A stretch of DNA of 60,469 nt, counting the filler, from Platydemus manokwari (lineage: Eukaryota): NCBI GenBank assembly GCA_037951405.1. It is 4 parts of 4 records of this genome, joined end to end, with 100 filler letters (N's around TTAATTAATTAA, not from the genome) between each part and the next. Parts side by side here need not be neighbours in the genome. Positions count along the whole stretch, not along the records: positions 28,722 to 49,048 come from JBBMOY011589187.1; positions 49,149 to 60,469 come from JBBMOY010765536.1; 2 more parts are not named here. One strand, 5' to 3'. The translations under genes were made by a program, and so were the position numbers. This document shows positions 39,012 through 52,561 of the stretch, in pieces. The notes below the pieces were generated by a model. The model did not search any database, was not told the origin of the DNA, and was given only the letters and a program-made list of their open reading frames with translations. How positions within the stretch are numbered: the first letter of the stretch is position 1; every line of letters starts with the position of its first letter.

Positions 39012-42000
39012 TAAATTGCAATTCGACCTGCTTTGATTCGTTTATCAAATGATAAAAATTTTAGAAAATTTTTAAGCTTTTGTCTATATAATATTTGATT
39101 CCTAACAACTAAAATTCTTCTTAAGTACTTAAATTCAAAATGTTTTTAAAGACTATAATTAAATGAACTATATAGAATTTTGAAATACACTCAACTAATT
39201 AAAAATTTCATTTTAGGATCCTTTTTTTAACTTTAGCCCGCCTTTTTTCAATTTTTTAAAAATATTTGTTATTATGTCTCTATATGCTTCTCTATTTTTA
39301 AGTTGTGTAAATCATTGTTAAGATATTAAATTGTATTTGTTTTCTACATTATTTATTTGCTTTATTCATTTGGTGTTTTATGTAATTATTTTGTAAATTA
39401 TAAAAGAAAAAAACATATATCGTTGATTTTAAATTTGCAATTATTATTGACAAATAAAAAAATAGATGAAAAATATTCTGTTGTTGAGGAAATCTAAAAT
39501 ATTTTCAATCTACAATCCAATTGACCCTTAATATTGACAGATACATCAAAAATAAATTAACTATCGCACGGAAAAAGTGATTTAATTAGAATGCTTTATA
39601 CAACACCTTCAAAGTCAATCAAGACTATTTCAGTTGGATTTTTTACATGGGAAATTTTACTGCTTTTTATGGGAAAGTATAAAGATTAAGTTTATGAAAT
39701 TATACTTTCCATTGTTTTGTTGGGTATCAAATGGCCTGATTTTTATGAAACTTTAATGAAAAACTTAGCACAAAATACATTTGAATTGTTAATAAATCTT
39801 TGAAAAAATGTTATGATTTCCAAATTTATTTGCATTCTAATTTTTAATGTATTTTTCATTTTATTTAAGTTTTTATAGTATTCCTATTTTATAAAAAAAG
39901 CAAAATAATCCAATTACGCCCTCTGAGGTTAGGTTAATAGGTTTTGATTATTAGAAAATATAGTTTAACATGAAAGAATTTGTGAATTTAATCGATGGAA
40001 ACATGAGCAGCAATTAAGAATTTAATTATAAAATAAATTGATTTATTGTGGATTTCATGAAATAATCGTAGAAGTTAGAACATCAAAGCTGTAAAAGATT
40101 TTCATATGGGGACTAATTACGTCATTCCAAATTTGTATCAAAATTTAATTTATAAATTTTATGAAATAATATTTATAATTGGTGATATATTTACATGATA
40201 TAACTAAATAAAATTTTTAAAGAAGTCCATAAAGTTTATCGAAAATCTATAAAATTAATTATATTTTATCGGTAACTGACATATTTAATTTTATTTGCTT
40301 ACCAAGGTTTATTGTTTAATAAATTATTATGACGATTGGTTTTGGAATTGAAAATTATTAATGAATTATAAAATGTTTGACTACTTAGAAATATTTGAAT
40401 TAAAAATAGAGTTTATTAAATTCAAAGAATTGTCTACTATTAAACAAGTACTTTATCAACTGAATCTACCATTATTATCTTGATGGCAAACAATTCAGAT
40501 GGTACTGAAAAAGTGAGGCGGGTAAAGTTGAATATGCTAAATCATCTAATCCTAATTTCCATTCTGTGAAAACAATGATTTGTATTCCTAATTCCCAGCA
40601 GAGATTTAGTTGAAACTATTGGGTACTTTATACACATCTCCCACTTAAAATTGTTTCAATTGAGCTATTAATTCTGAAAATTTCCAAATTTCGAAGATTA
40701 TTGGATATAATTCAATTAATTTTTTAGTTAGTATTAATTAATTTATAATTAATTTGCATTCTGTTGATATTTTCAAAATGGAACTTTATTATGGTTTTGT
40801 TTAATATTTAAGATAGTAGATAAATATGATATACACTTAAATTTCAAAACTATAACTTAAGAAAGTATATTGTTATACAATAATGGTATTATAAAGTACT
40901 TTTGCAAAGAACTATATATATTAAATTCAATATTAAATTGCATCCAATAATTTAAAACTTTTCTTTATTCTTTTTCGTTCGCATTACGGATTATTGCAGT
41001 GACTTACTTGATTACCGATGTGCTTCAATTGTAGAAAAGATTCTGTTGTTTTGATTTTTATTGTATTTCACTTTTCTGATATATATATATATATATCAAA
41101 TTAAAAGCTTTCTGATAGTTACAAAGAAAGTATTTACACTCTGACATTGCTATGTTAGCACCGATTAAAATTCTATTATCATATTTAGGTTAAATGAAAA
41201 GCTATTGATTTAGTAATTACTCCACCCATGAAACCTTCCGTCTAAAATTTATCAAAATTATCGTCATCCTACGTGCTACTAGAGCTCCAGAACCAGTAAA
41301 ATAATCATAATCACATATAAAAACCTAAAAATTCACCAAGTTACAACTAAATTTTAATTTTTTAGTGGAGCCATAAGTCTTATCATTAATTAACTACGAA
41401 TCATATTTAGTTTATAGATGCTATTAGGTCTGAATACTAATATAAATAATATATTATGTTACGTTGGGATTGAAGAAAAATCTTGAAAATAAAGATAAAT
41501 TAATTTTATTCTTATTTATTTGTATTCGAAAGATATTACAATGGATACAAAGAAACAAAATAAAATTAAATTCATAGGTTTTTCAGAAAGCTGGAAGATC
41601 ACTGCTATACACAATCAAAATTTCTAAAAATAAATATAAATTGAGAAATGATATTAAACATTATATGCCTTAAATAATATTATTTATAAACTGTTACCAT
41701 TTTCTAAAATGTACTTGATTGATTTTATTTATTTTTGTAAACAAAAAAAACAATTTATCGAAGAATTGACTTAAACAAGCCAACAAGCCAACTAATGAAT
41801 CAAATTCAAAGCAGATGAAACAAGCAAGGTGCTTTGAAAGTTGTTTTAACAAATTTTTGCAGTGAAATTAAAACAAAACTTATTCCAAATAATACAAGTT
41901 GGAAATTGTTGAGTTTTTCCAATTATGAAATGATAAATTCCATGGGTTTTAATGAAATATTAATTTCAGATTATTTTCTCAAACATTGCAAACCAAAAAA

Positions 42001-42489
42001 TCATTGTAATTATTTCAGTTCTACAAATTCATTTCCATGACAAACCAATAACTTTTTGAAATTGAAAAAATATTCAGATAACATTGTAACTGTAAGAATA
42101 TCAATAGAAATTCACCGGCGATTTTTTCATTCGAGTTTGGTAATTTTTTGGATGAAAAATCTTTTAAATATGTAAATTAATTTGGTAAATATCTCAAACA
42201 AAAATGCAAAAATATATATTTATTCGTAATATACACATAATGATATAAAAATAATTAATAAAGCCAGATAATAAAAATTATTTAATTAAAAAATGAAAGA
42301 AACGTTATATTTGAAGATAAAAATAAATAAATAAAACTAAGAGAGAATATTAATTATTGAAATATAATCTTTAATTTCTAAAAATAAATATTTAAATAAA
42401 ATAATATTAAAAATAAATAAAAAATAAATTATTTAAATGAATTATTTAATTTTGCTAAAATAATTAATTAAAAATGGCATAATTAAAAT

Positions 42490-43211
42490 TGTCACAAAAT
42501 AAAACCAGATGAAGGCCAGAGTACCAATTTAGTGAAGATTGTGAAAATTGTGCTTTGACCTCTCCGAAATATGATGAATCGGCGAAAATGGATAAGTAAA
42601 TATCAATTAGCGGAATTGTATAAAACCAGAATGTGAGATTAAAGTTGAACGGTTTACTACACAGTCCTGCAAGTAAAACAGTATAAAAACGAAGACAATC
42701 CGATTAAGATTTCTCATTTTGTATAATTTTTGATATCAGACCAGATAGTCTGATTTGCAGATCTGAACAAGAAGAAAAGAAAATATTCAGGAAGAATTAT
42801 TTGAATGACAATTAGTTGACGATTACCATTATTAAGAAATCAAGACGAAATTGATTAATTATTAAGAAACGAAGAAGATAGTGATTATTCTCAGAAACGA
42901 AGAAATCAGGTTAATGTTATTGTTATAATTTATTTTAGAAGTAAAATGGAATACTTGAGGAAAGAATAATTGCGAACGCTAATAACAGGTATCGTAGTAG
43001 TACCTATGAAAGTTAGGAGTAAATCTTCGGCCGATAATTTCAGAGTTGTACCCACTTTTATCAAACTTATATTTAAGGCTTTATTCCTTGTGCGTATTTT
43101 GTACAGAGTGTATTCTGCCATATAAATAAAGCAGTGATTAACTTGTATTTTGGAGTCAGATATAGATAGAACATGAGTATTTTTTGTGTTCTACACCAGG
43201 TAGACCTAACA
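42490..43211 (+). mobile_element. Probable solo LTR (about 720 bp)
   Basis: GC-richer block bounded by TGTCAC...CTAACA within very AT-rich DNA; internal TATAAAA (about 42682) and AATAAA (about 43125); flanks AAAT/ATAT could be a decayed 4-bp target-site duplication. Confidence 0.45.
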
Positions 43212-43255
43212 ATATCATATCATGTATATAAATATTTTTTTTTATAAAGTTTGAA

Positions 43256-43410
43256 TAGGTTGAATCAAACGGTGTACCTTAATTTATCCTACTCCAATAT
43301 AACAGATACTAATTATCATTAATTTTATTAGAGTAGGTTGAATCAAACGGTGTACCTTAATTTATCTTACTCCAATATAACAGATACTAATTATCATTAC
43401 TTATATTAGA
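43256..43410. repeat. Recent 78-bp tandem duplication (2 copies)
   Basis: TAGGTTGAATCAAACGGTGTACCTTAATTTATC...TTAGA starts at 43256 and 43334, with about 3 mismatches. Confidence 0.92.
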
Positions 43411-43506
43411 ACAAATATATCTAAGTAAACACAAAAATCTATTAACAACAATATATTTGAAATATATTCAAAACTTATAAATAATTTTATGTTTAGCTTC
43501 CAAATA

Positions 43507-43679
43507 TATGATGATTTTAAAAAATGATTAAAATTTAAATGATTTATAATCGGAATTTGTATTAAAATTTTTAATCATAAATTTTACTTGTTTGAATAAC
43601 TTGGTTAAATATATTTTATCGTGTTGTGACATTTCTATTCGTTCTCAATACATGCTTTATAAAAAAGTGGTTTCGAACA
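43507..43679 (+). mobile_element. Solo LTR of the TRIM-like family
   Basis: Shares TTGTTTGAATAA...AAATATA...GTGTTGTGAC.TTCTATTCGTT.TCAATACATGC.TTATAAAA.AGT with 24777-24867; ends AACA. Confidence 0.6.
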
Positions 43680-44905
43680 ATTTACTTGTATGTTATACAG
43701 AGATAACGACGAGTCATAATATTTAAACCATGATTTAACAGATAAAGTTTTACTTTAACCAATATAACAAAAGTATTTATCAATCTCAGAAAATGTATTC
43801 TTTATATTTTGAAATCTCAAAGTTACAAATATAATCGAATTAAATTTAATTGTTCTATTAAATCGAGTATTAATAAGAATATTTTAAATTAATAATAAAA
43901 TCAAGCGACCCAATAAATCAAAACAGTACTTATACAAAATACTTTACTGAATTTTATCACAAAAATGCACATGATTTTAACTCAAACAGCAATAGTTAAA
44001 AAATAATTTAATGGTATGATTATCTCTTCGAATTTATACAGATTATTTTACCATTCGATATAGTGTATAATCGGTGTCGCTTAAAATTAAATGTAGGTAA
44101 TTGAGGCTTTATTAACTTTCATCGGTTTTATGCTTCATTACTATGTTCAGATTGATTCACTTTGACAATTCGTAGCTATCGCTTATACTCAGACTAGTAG
44201 AGCTTTTAGTAGTTCTATGCGTTGTTGACATTTGTATGTACTAATGGCTTTTGCATTCTGTATTTATATACTATATTGTTGGAGTCTCATATTTTTACAC
44301 ATATTTATTATTATTCCTATCCCATTTCATTTATTATGTCTCAGCTTTCTTTTTATATTTTGTCAAATCTTTTAGAAACAGTATAATTTATATATTTTTT
44401 CTCTCTTAGATATTATTATCTTTTAAAAATAATATCATTTTTTGAGCTTTTATATTTTATAATTTATTTTTAGCGCTTTTCTAATTATACGGCGTCAATA
44501 TTTTCTGCTGCAAGTGAACGTGATTAAACTTCATTTTAACAATAGCATTATTATAATATACTTATAACATTTTTAATATTGCATGACACCATTACATAGT
44601 TTCGAATAAAAATTAATAGCATTTGTTAGTAGTAGGTACTTCGTTTAAAATTCAATTGAAGAATTCATTAATGCTATTTCCGTCTTGTATTTATTAATAC
44701 TAGCAAATCAAACATTTTAAAAGTAAATTCAAAATCTTTTCCATAGAGCTTTTATAGCTAATCCTTATCAGGCATATAAAAAGATAAATATATTTTTTTA
44801 ATTTTTAAAATTACTTAATATTAAATTTTCTAATAATTTAATAAAAATTCAAAATATATTTTGTGATTTTTAAAATAATTATTAAATCATTTAAATTATT
44901 ATTAA

Positions 44906-44976
44906 CACATTGACGGACAGTAGGAACAAATGCAGTTCGAAATTGACGATTATAGACGCAAGTGTCCGACAACGTG
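44906..44976. mobile_element. Minimal 71-bp deletion derivative of the piggyBac-type MITE
   Basis: TTAA-CACATTGACGGACAGTAGGAACAAATGCAGTTCGAAAT is joined directly to TGACGATTATAGACGCAAGTGTCCGACAACGTG-TTAT; both ends match the 19625-19902 copy. Confidence 0.75.
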
Positions 44977-45344
44977 TTATTTTACTTTAATTAACTTATT
45001 ATTAAATTATTATTGATTTTATTTCTTTAAATTTTCCTCATAGTATTAAAGTTAAAATACTAATTATACACATTTATTAAAAATTTTGAAAAATAAAACA
45101 CTAATTACACATCGATCATTAAATTCTACAGTAATTAGGAAAGTTTTCCGATAATTACCGAAATTTTCGAAGATAAAAACAGTTATCAAATAATATGGAA
45201 TATATCAAAGATTTGGTAAGGTTAAAAATAAAAGATTAAACACAAGATATAATAGAATATGTTTACCAATTGATTGATGAATTGTAAAGATGGATTATTG
45301 ATTTGTCGAGTACTGCAAAGATTGGATATTTACATTTATTGCTT

Positions 45345-45875
45345 TTTTCAGGTTATTCGTCTATATTTTTCATTTAATTCTCTAACCTTTCACTACACAT
45401 TAGCCATCTATATTCGTTCTCCTACTACTATTTGCTTCATTTCTTCAGTTATGTACATTCCGCATTTCTGCTTAGCCTCCGATTTACTTACTAAATAACA
45501 GTGGGGACTTCAACTACTGATTGATGATGATTGTTTATTGGTTTGTTATTTAAGGATACCAGTAATTAGCTATTTCACTGAAATCCTTCACCAATATTTC
45601 GCATTCTTTTACTCACTCTAGTAGATTTTGAAGGCATCGCTGGAATTCTCTCCGTTGTAATCAATATTGTCAGGCTACCTTCTCACAAGTACTTATCTGT
45701 TTCATTACCACATCATCAGTATCATGTGTTTTCGTCTTATTTCTGATAATTTCATGGTTTTCAAGTGATTTGTTATTCGATCTGTTATTCTCTCTAACTC
45801 AATCTTTGCAAGTTTTGACTTTAAGTGTAATGATTAACATATAAAAGACGGTTTCTTTCTCGCTGCTTCTTCAAC
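45345..45875 (-). mobile_element. Possible non-LTR retrotransposon remnant
   Basis: GC-richer island; minus-strand KLAKIELERITDRITNHLKT resembles the RT domain 2 'KLLxxIIxxRIxxHL' pattern; otherwise stop-ridden. Confidence 0.3.
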
Positions 45876-46448
45876 AATAATAAATCAAACAAATCAATTT
45901 CAAGGAGATAAAATATTTTCAATTAAATTCAAATAATAAATTTAATAATCTAAGGATTTCAAATTCATTATTACCTAAAGAGAGGAAAATTACTCAAAGT
46001 TGCCAGTTGAGAATGTTCGGCTAGAATGCTCGGAAATGTTGTAATTCCACAAAGATTGCTGTGAACATGCTATTCACAATATTGAATTGAGAAGTCCTAT
46101 GCGTAATAATTTTAATAAAAAATATTTTTCATATTCTCTATATTTTTTCATTTAATTTTTAATTTTATAATATTATAACAACAATTTTAAATTTCAAAAT
46201 CAAACGCTGAGTTTTGGGTTTTATTTCATTGGATAAGTTCAGCAAATAGTTCCAAGAACTTAAACAATTGTCAAATAAATTTCTTTGTATCATAAAAATG
46301 GATTTGGTTAATTTCTGAAATTCATTTTCTTAACGAAAGTTAAAAATATCGATCAATTTCTGAGGGCGATCTATTTTTCATTATAAAAACTGCAAAACAT
46401 TCTAGCTGACAAAATGAATTTATGAAATCATTAGAATAAACAAATATC

Positions 46449-46694
46449 TCAAACTATGAGATATTCTCAGTCACAATCGATTACTTTCTTTCACCTTTTT
46501 GGCAGTTTGTAAATCCCAGGTTTGAAGAAGCTTGGTCATTTTTGGTCGATAAATTCTTCAATCTGCTTTTTTATTGCTTCTTCGTTTTCAAATGTGAGAT
46601 CGGAAAGGTGGTTTGACTTGAGGAGAAAAGATGTTGGGGATAAGTGGGGCGAATATGGAGGATGGGGAAGAACTTCCCAGCCAAGTTCTGTACT
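46449..46694 (-). mobile_element. mariner transposase C-terminal remnant
   Basis: TELGWEVLPHPPYSPHLSP (mariner YSPDLAP motif) followed by FENEEAIKKQIEEFIDQK*PSFFKPGIYKLPKR*KKVIDCD*EY. Confidence 0.85.
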
Positions 46695-48239
46695 CGGCAT
46701 GATAAATATCTATAAATCCATGTAATTAACAGTCCAACAGATTTTCAGAATGTTATATTAATGTGACATATTGAATCATGTTATAAATACCAGATTATGT
46801 AATTGTAATATCATAATATTCTACAGAACGTAACAACTTAATTTTACTAATGTATCAATATGCGACTGTTATAATGATTTCACATAAAGATCAATAACTT
46901 TAGTTCACTTTTTACCATTCAAAGTAATTTCAAAAAATAAAATAGAATTAAAAAGTCATCCCAAGCTGTTTTGAACAGGAAAAGTTGTGAGATCCTCTAG
47001 AAATTGATTTAATCGTGGATTCTGTGATTTTCATCAATTTTAACATCGATATTGTAATTTAAAAAAATATTGTTTTTGAAAAATTTAGTTTTGGGTTTCT
47101 TCTGTTGATATCAAGAATTAGAAAAACAGGTCAAACGTAAATAATTGGAAAATCAAAAATATTATGACAAATAAATTAATTAATTAGAATATTATGATGA
47201 AGAAAAGTTAATTAAGAAATATAGATTAAATTTAATCTGTCGAAGCGATCGCAACAAGAACTTGGAATATATAAGAAAACACATTTTAACTTTCATTTCT
47301 GATAAAAGAATTTGTAGGATTTATGAAAATGATAAATCTATATTTATTATTTTAAGGAGCTGGAATTGATCATAATGAAAATAGTATAAACAAAGTTCTA
47401 ATTTAGTCAAAAATGAGAACTAAATCTTATTACGAGCTTTTACTGTTGAAACGATTTATTTTGAATTTAGTATGGTTAAAGCTAATCCAAGTGTTGTAGT
47501 CTAAAATCTTCGAAGAGGTCGATTGTTCTCGAATTGGTCTTCATTAGTTTTTTGTTAACTAACTGCATAATTTCAGCTGAGGAAAGGTTGCGTTTAGTTC
47601 AATATACATTTTCTAATAGTCAAAATATGTTCTGATTTCAATAATAAGGCTAATTTTCGAGGAAAAGTTTTTCATTGATTTTGATCTCATATGTTGGGTT
47701 AAGTCACAACCGTATTTCCAAGTTCTCCCCACAGAAACCCAACATATCTGGTTTTTTTTCTTCACCAATGTATAAGGAAACGTTTAAAAAACTTATCAAA
47801 AGAACATAGAAGGTCTCAATTGAAAGAGAATTATATATTTGTGATGCTCGAGTCTCTAATGATAAATAAAAAAACATCAAAATATCTTTTTCAGAAATAA
47901 AAAAAAAAGTCATCCACACTATATATCAACATATTTTCACAAATCTAAAAATGATAAAGAATTATTGAGGAATTTTCTTTTCTCGATATTTATTACAGGA
48001 ATCTCACTAATTTTAATATGATAATTCATTATATTTGAATCTCCTTACAAATGTTTTTTATAAACTAGCTTACACTACACAAAAGAATTGAAAATTATCA
48101 AAGTTTTGAAAACAGTTTCTTATAGTTATCCTGTTCAAATTTTTGCTCCTTATGGATTGGTGTTCTTGAACTGAATTCTGAATTATTGATCAAAATGACT
48201 TTTTAGGATAAATTATAATTTGAAAATTATTTGATTTAG

Positions 48240-48397
48240 AAAAAAGTTGTGAGATTCGAAGACGAACTCCAAGAACTACTATTAAAGCATCACAGCTTGA
48301 TTCTCTGAAAGCTACATTTACGATAACGCCAAAACCAAGTCGCCAAATGAGAGAGAAATTGGCTGAATGCACAGGACTGAGTATGCGAGTTATACAA
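48240..48397 (+). CDS. LHX1/5: Homeodomain exon of an Lhx1/5 (Lim1)-type LIM-homeobox gene; flanking exons not found
   Basis: AG acceptor at 48238-48239 and GTAAG donor at 48398. Encodes [47 protein letters not shown], matching Lhx1/5 [46 protein letters not shown], with the common intron just before VWFQN. Confidence 0.85.
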
Positions 48398-49048
48398 GTA
48401 AGTGTTGAATAGATATTTTATTGATTACCGGATAGTTGGGAATAATATATGTGGATGCATTGGGATTTTTATCATATCTTTGAAATAATAATAGCCATTA
48501 TCATTAATATTTCGATTTATATATGATTTTGGCGCGAAATTATTATTGTTATTGAAAATATTATTTGTTTTTATAAGAAATTTTTGTATCCTTTACTAGT
48601 TATATTACAGTGATAGCATTTTCAAGTAGATTTGAACATTAATTTTTCACAAATATTCATCAAACAGAAATTTATTCAAGAAAAACCAAATCACGATTAT
48701 TGATGGAAACTATGTAAGAAACGACTGCATTGCAGAATATTTTTTTTTAATTTTCGACTCAACTGGAAATTAACTGTTTAAGCATAACTTGTAATCTTAT
48801 GATACAGCTATGATTTCATTGTTAATTATCACCAAATGTTGGATAGTTTTTATTTCCCATCAAATGCGATTGAGTCAATGAAAAATCAATTACCATCCTC
48901 TATTATAATTTGACTACTTTTTCAGAAGAATCTTTTTCTAAAAATTGCACCTTCTGTTATGCATTGATGGATACAGTTATTTTAAGAGCTATAGGTTATT
49001 TTTTTATAATTTATAATATTGATGATAATAACATTGAATATAATATTA

Positions 49049-49148
49049 NNNNNNNNNNNNNNNNNNNNNNNNNNNNNNNNNNNNNNNNNNNNTTAATTAA
49101 TTAANNNNNNNNNNNNNNNNNNNNNNNNNNNNNNNNNNNNNNNNNNNN
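49049..49148. other. Artificial contig spacer
   Basis: 44 N + TTAATTAATTAA + 44 N. Confidence 0.97.
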
Positions 49149-49502
49149 TCGTTTAAAATTAAATTTAAATTAATTAAAATTAATAAAAGCATCTCTTATA
49201 ATTATTCATATTTCATAAATTAATTAAAATTTTTGAATTTTTCCTATCTAAACAAAATTTGAATAGTGTGGAATTCAAGTGACTTAGCATAGATAACTTT
49301 GAATAGTTGCTAAAATTTAAGTAGCACATTTTGAATATAAAATTTAAAAAAAATTTAAAATGCAAATTTCGTTTAAATATTATATATTGTGTAATATATT
49401 TAAAAATTATAAATATTATAATTAATGATTCCAAATATATTAAACTTATTTTTCGAAAGAGTAATTACTTTTATCAGTTTAATATTATTTATATATTTCT
49501 AG

Positions 49503-52500
49503 GTTCATATTTTACCAAATGAAGAGATATTAAGTATAATAGAAAAAGAATCGGCTTTAACGATTCCTAGATTTATTGACCTACTTATAGATTTAGCATA
49601 TCAACCCGTCAGTGTTAAGGGATTGATAAATGAGGAAGCTGAAAGAATTTTAAATATTATGATTAACTCTCCAACAAATATAATACTTTTAAAACATTTA
49701 TTTGAGTTACAAGGACCCTTAAGAGATGAAAAAATAAAAACCATCAAGGTAGTTAAATTTGCTGATTTTATTATATATCTTTCTTTTCTAGGGTAATAAA
49801 ATAATCCAATCCTTACCAGCTTGGAAACAAAATGCATTTGATAGTCTAATTCGAGAATTGATGCTCAAACCTAATGGAATTCCAAATTTGGTTAAAGTTC
49901 TTGTTGAAATTCTTGGTGGACAAAGAACATCAGATGTTGCATTTGAAATAGCCAAATGTATTTGCAAGCCTCCTGTAAATGTAAACATGGAAAATCATTA
50001 TAAATTAATAGCTGGACAAGTTAGTTATTAATGTAAATGGTTTATGTAAATTTCCTTTTTTTATAGGTCCTTGATTTAATTAAAATCTCGAATTTAAGAA
50101 AGATTATAAATGCTAAAAATAATTCTAATAACATACATGAAGAATATTTGAAATTTGGCCGATGTGTTGCATTAGAATGCTTGCATTTAATTCTTATGAT
50201 AAACGTTGAATATGGAAGAAAATATTTACTCGAGCCTCTTTTTACGGATTTTTTTATGATTTTAGATTCCAGTAAAGAAATAGTAAAGATAAATAATTAA
50301 AGAATTAAATGTAATTTCTTTCAGATATCACATCTGATTTTGAGGAACCACAAATCGTTATGGATTCCGATAAATTAATGGATTTACTCAGATTGCAACA
50401 TTCAGTAAGAATATCATTGACATTCATCATTCTGATTGATAATCTTCAAGCTATTGAACACATTCAGACCATGTCGTTTTGTACAGAAATGGTTGAGAAG
50501 TTTCTCTCCAATATTTATTAATATTTGCAACACACCGACAAAAACCGGTGATATCGAACAGAAAACAATTGCCAAAGAAATCCTTGTGAAATTAATTGAA
50601 TTAAGTCACGAATCACCGCACGATACGTCGAAATATGTTCGAGCTCTCGCCAAATTGGACTCATTGGACGAATCGAATTGTTTAAATGACAAACTGGAAA
50701 TCCGACCGACATTGTGTCAGCAAGGTTTGGAAATCGCTGTCAGATGCGATTCATTGATGTTGGAATCGAATTCCAATGAAGATTTCGTGGCCAATGTGTT
50801 GACGGAAATTTTATGCAGTTTATCACCGAATATTAAGAATGAAATTGTCAGCGGTTTATTTATTTGGTTATTGGAGGTGAGTTGTATCTCTATATCGACA
50901 CACACATACATGCACATACACACACGCATATTGGCATTGATATATTGATATGTCTATTACAGAGTCGATTAATTCTGGACAATAATTGTGATCAAATCGA
51001 TCTATTAATGAATTCTAAAATTGAACAAATCCAACATTCGAGACTGTTTCGAGATACGCTTCTGTATGTGCTTTGCACCCAAATGGAATCGCATTGTTTC
51101 ACGAAAATCGGAGATATTCTCAATTTTGCCAAGGTAAGAATTTGTATTTTCGATCTTTATCAATCATTGTCATGATCTTTGGATTTGGATTTTAGATTGC
51201 CATTAATCAATACAGTATGATGCTGATGGATTCGACAAAACATCATGATGTTTCCGACAAGATTATTCGTGAAAATCTGGATTATGCTTTGAATATGATC
51301 AATTATGTGTTATCGAATGGAGAGGTTTGTCAATTTTATAATGCTATTATTGAATTTCATTGATTGTATTGATTATATCAGCTGATGGATTGTGATCAGA
51401 TTATCGTGAAGGAATTATTTCCAATACTCACCAATCTCATTGCCAATTATCCAAATGAAGAAAGTGCCAATCTGATAACTGGTATTTGTACAATTATTGC
51501 CACCAAAGGACTTGTCAATCCTTTGATCGGCGAGAAAACTTCATCGTTGATTGAGGATCTATCTGTGACAATGGATCCGGAATTGAAAGAAGCTTTTGAT
51601 GCAATTGAAGATTCGGAAGTGTCGTATAAAGCATTTGGATTGGCTAAATTGCGCGAATTGTTGGCAATGAAAAATGAGTCGGCAATCAATCATCGTCATA
51701 AAATCTATAATATCTTCTCGCATTATCTATTCCATGAAGATTCGTTTGTTTATATTCGAGCCATTAGAGGATTGGCACTACTTGGTGATCAATTTACTGA
51801 TAAATTATTACCGGTTATTGCCAGTCGAATCAATCTGTGCAGACAATCATCCACTGTGGAAGAATGGTTGGTGTTGAGTGAAGTATTTATGCAAATAATC
51901 CGTAATCTGGGTAATAATTTGAATATTTGTTTGTCATTAATAATTCATTTAATATTCTACTGACAAATGACAGTAGTGTATTTGTTTTGTATTTTTATAT
52001 TTGATAATTATTATTTCTCAATTATTATTTCTATTGGTTAACCATTGCAATCTTCTAGGTGAAACCGCTCCATATTATCGAAATATCATTCTCAACTGCA
52101 TAAAGCCACAACTAAGTGACCCAGAAGAACTCATCAGAGCGTCAGGCGTAACCAATCTCGGAGAGCTTTGCTGTCAATTAGATTATGCATTCAGTCCTGT
52201 CATGAATGAAGTCATGGATCAAGTATGCAATTTACTCGAAAACGATACCAGCACCAGAGTCAAAGTCGCTTGCTCGATTTTGATTCGTAAACTCATCCTT
52301 GGTCAAATGGATAACATTACCAATCCTAGACCGGAAATTATGCGTTTGCATTCGATATTGAAGCTGATTCGTCAAACTTTTGAAAAGGTGTCCATGAATG
52401 AAACGAATCAAATCGTATTAGATCATGTCTCAGTTGCTTATAAAAGTTTGTCAGAATCTATCAAGTCGGTACCGTTTTTTGATCATTCGTCTAATTTCAA

Positions 52501-52561
52501 CCGGAAAATATCAATTGGAAATTCAGATGTGTTTTGTAAATATAGAAAATTAAATTTTTGA
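49503..52561 (+). CDS. TANGO6: Transport and Golgi organization protein 6 (TMCO7/Rtp1 family), multi-exon; 5' exons probably beyond the spacer
   Basis: Exons from 49503-49748 and 49792-50019 to the stop at 52561. Peptides LPAWKQ...LMLKPNGIPNLVK...IAKCICKPP...HYKLIAGQV, AIEDSEVSYKAFGLAKL...HEDSFVYIRAIRGLALL and LGETAPYYR...DPEELIRASGVTNLGELC match TANGO6/Rtp1 conserved blocks. Confidence 0.85.

Noticed and set aside
45274-45335. CKDGLLICR as a LIM-domain exon for the Lhx1/5 gene
   Set aside because: There is an in-frame stop just upstream, the other zinc ligands are absent and no convincing splice sites are present.
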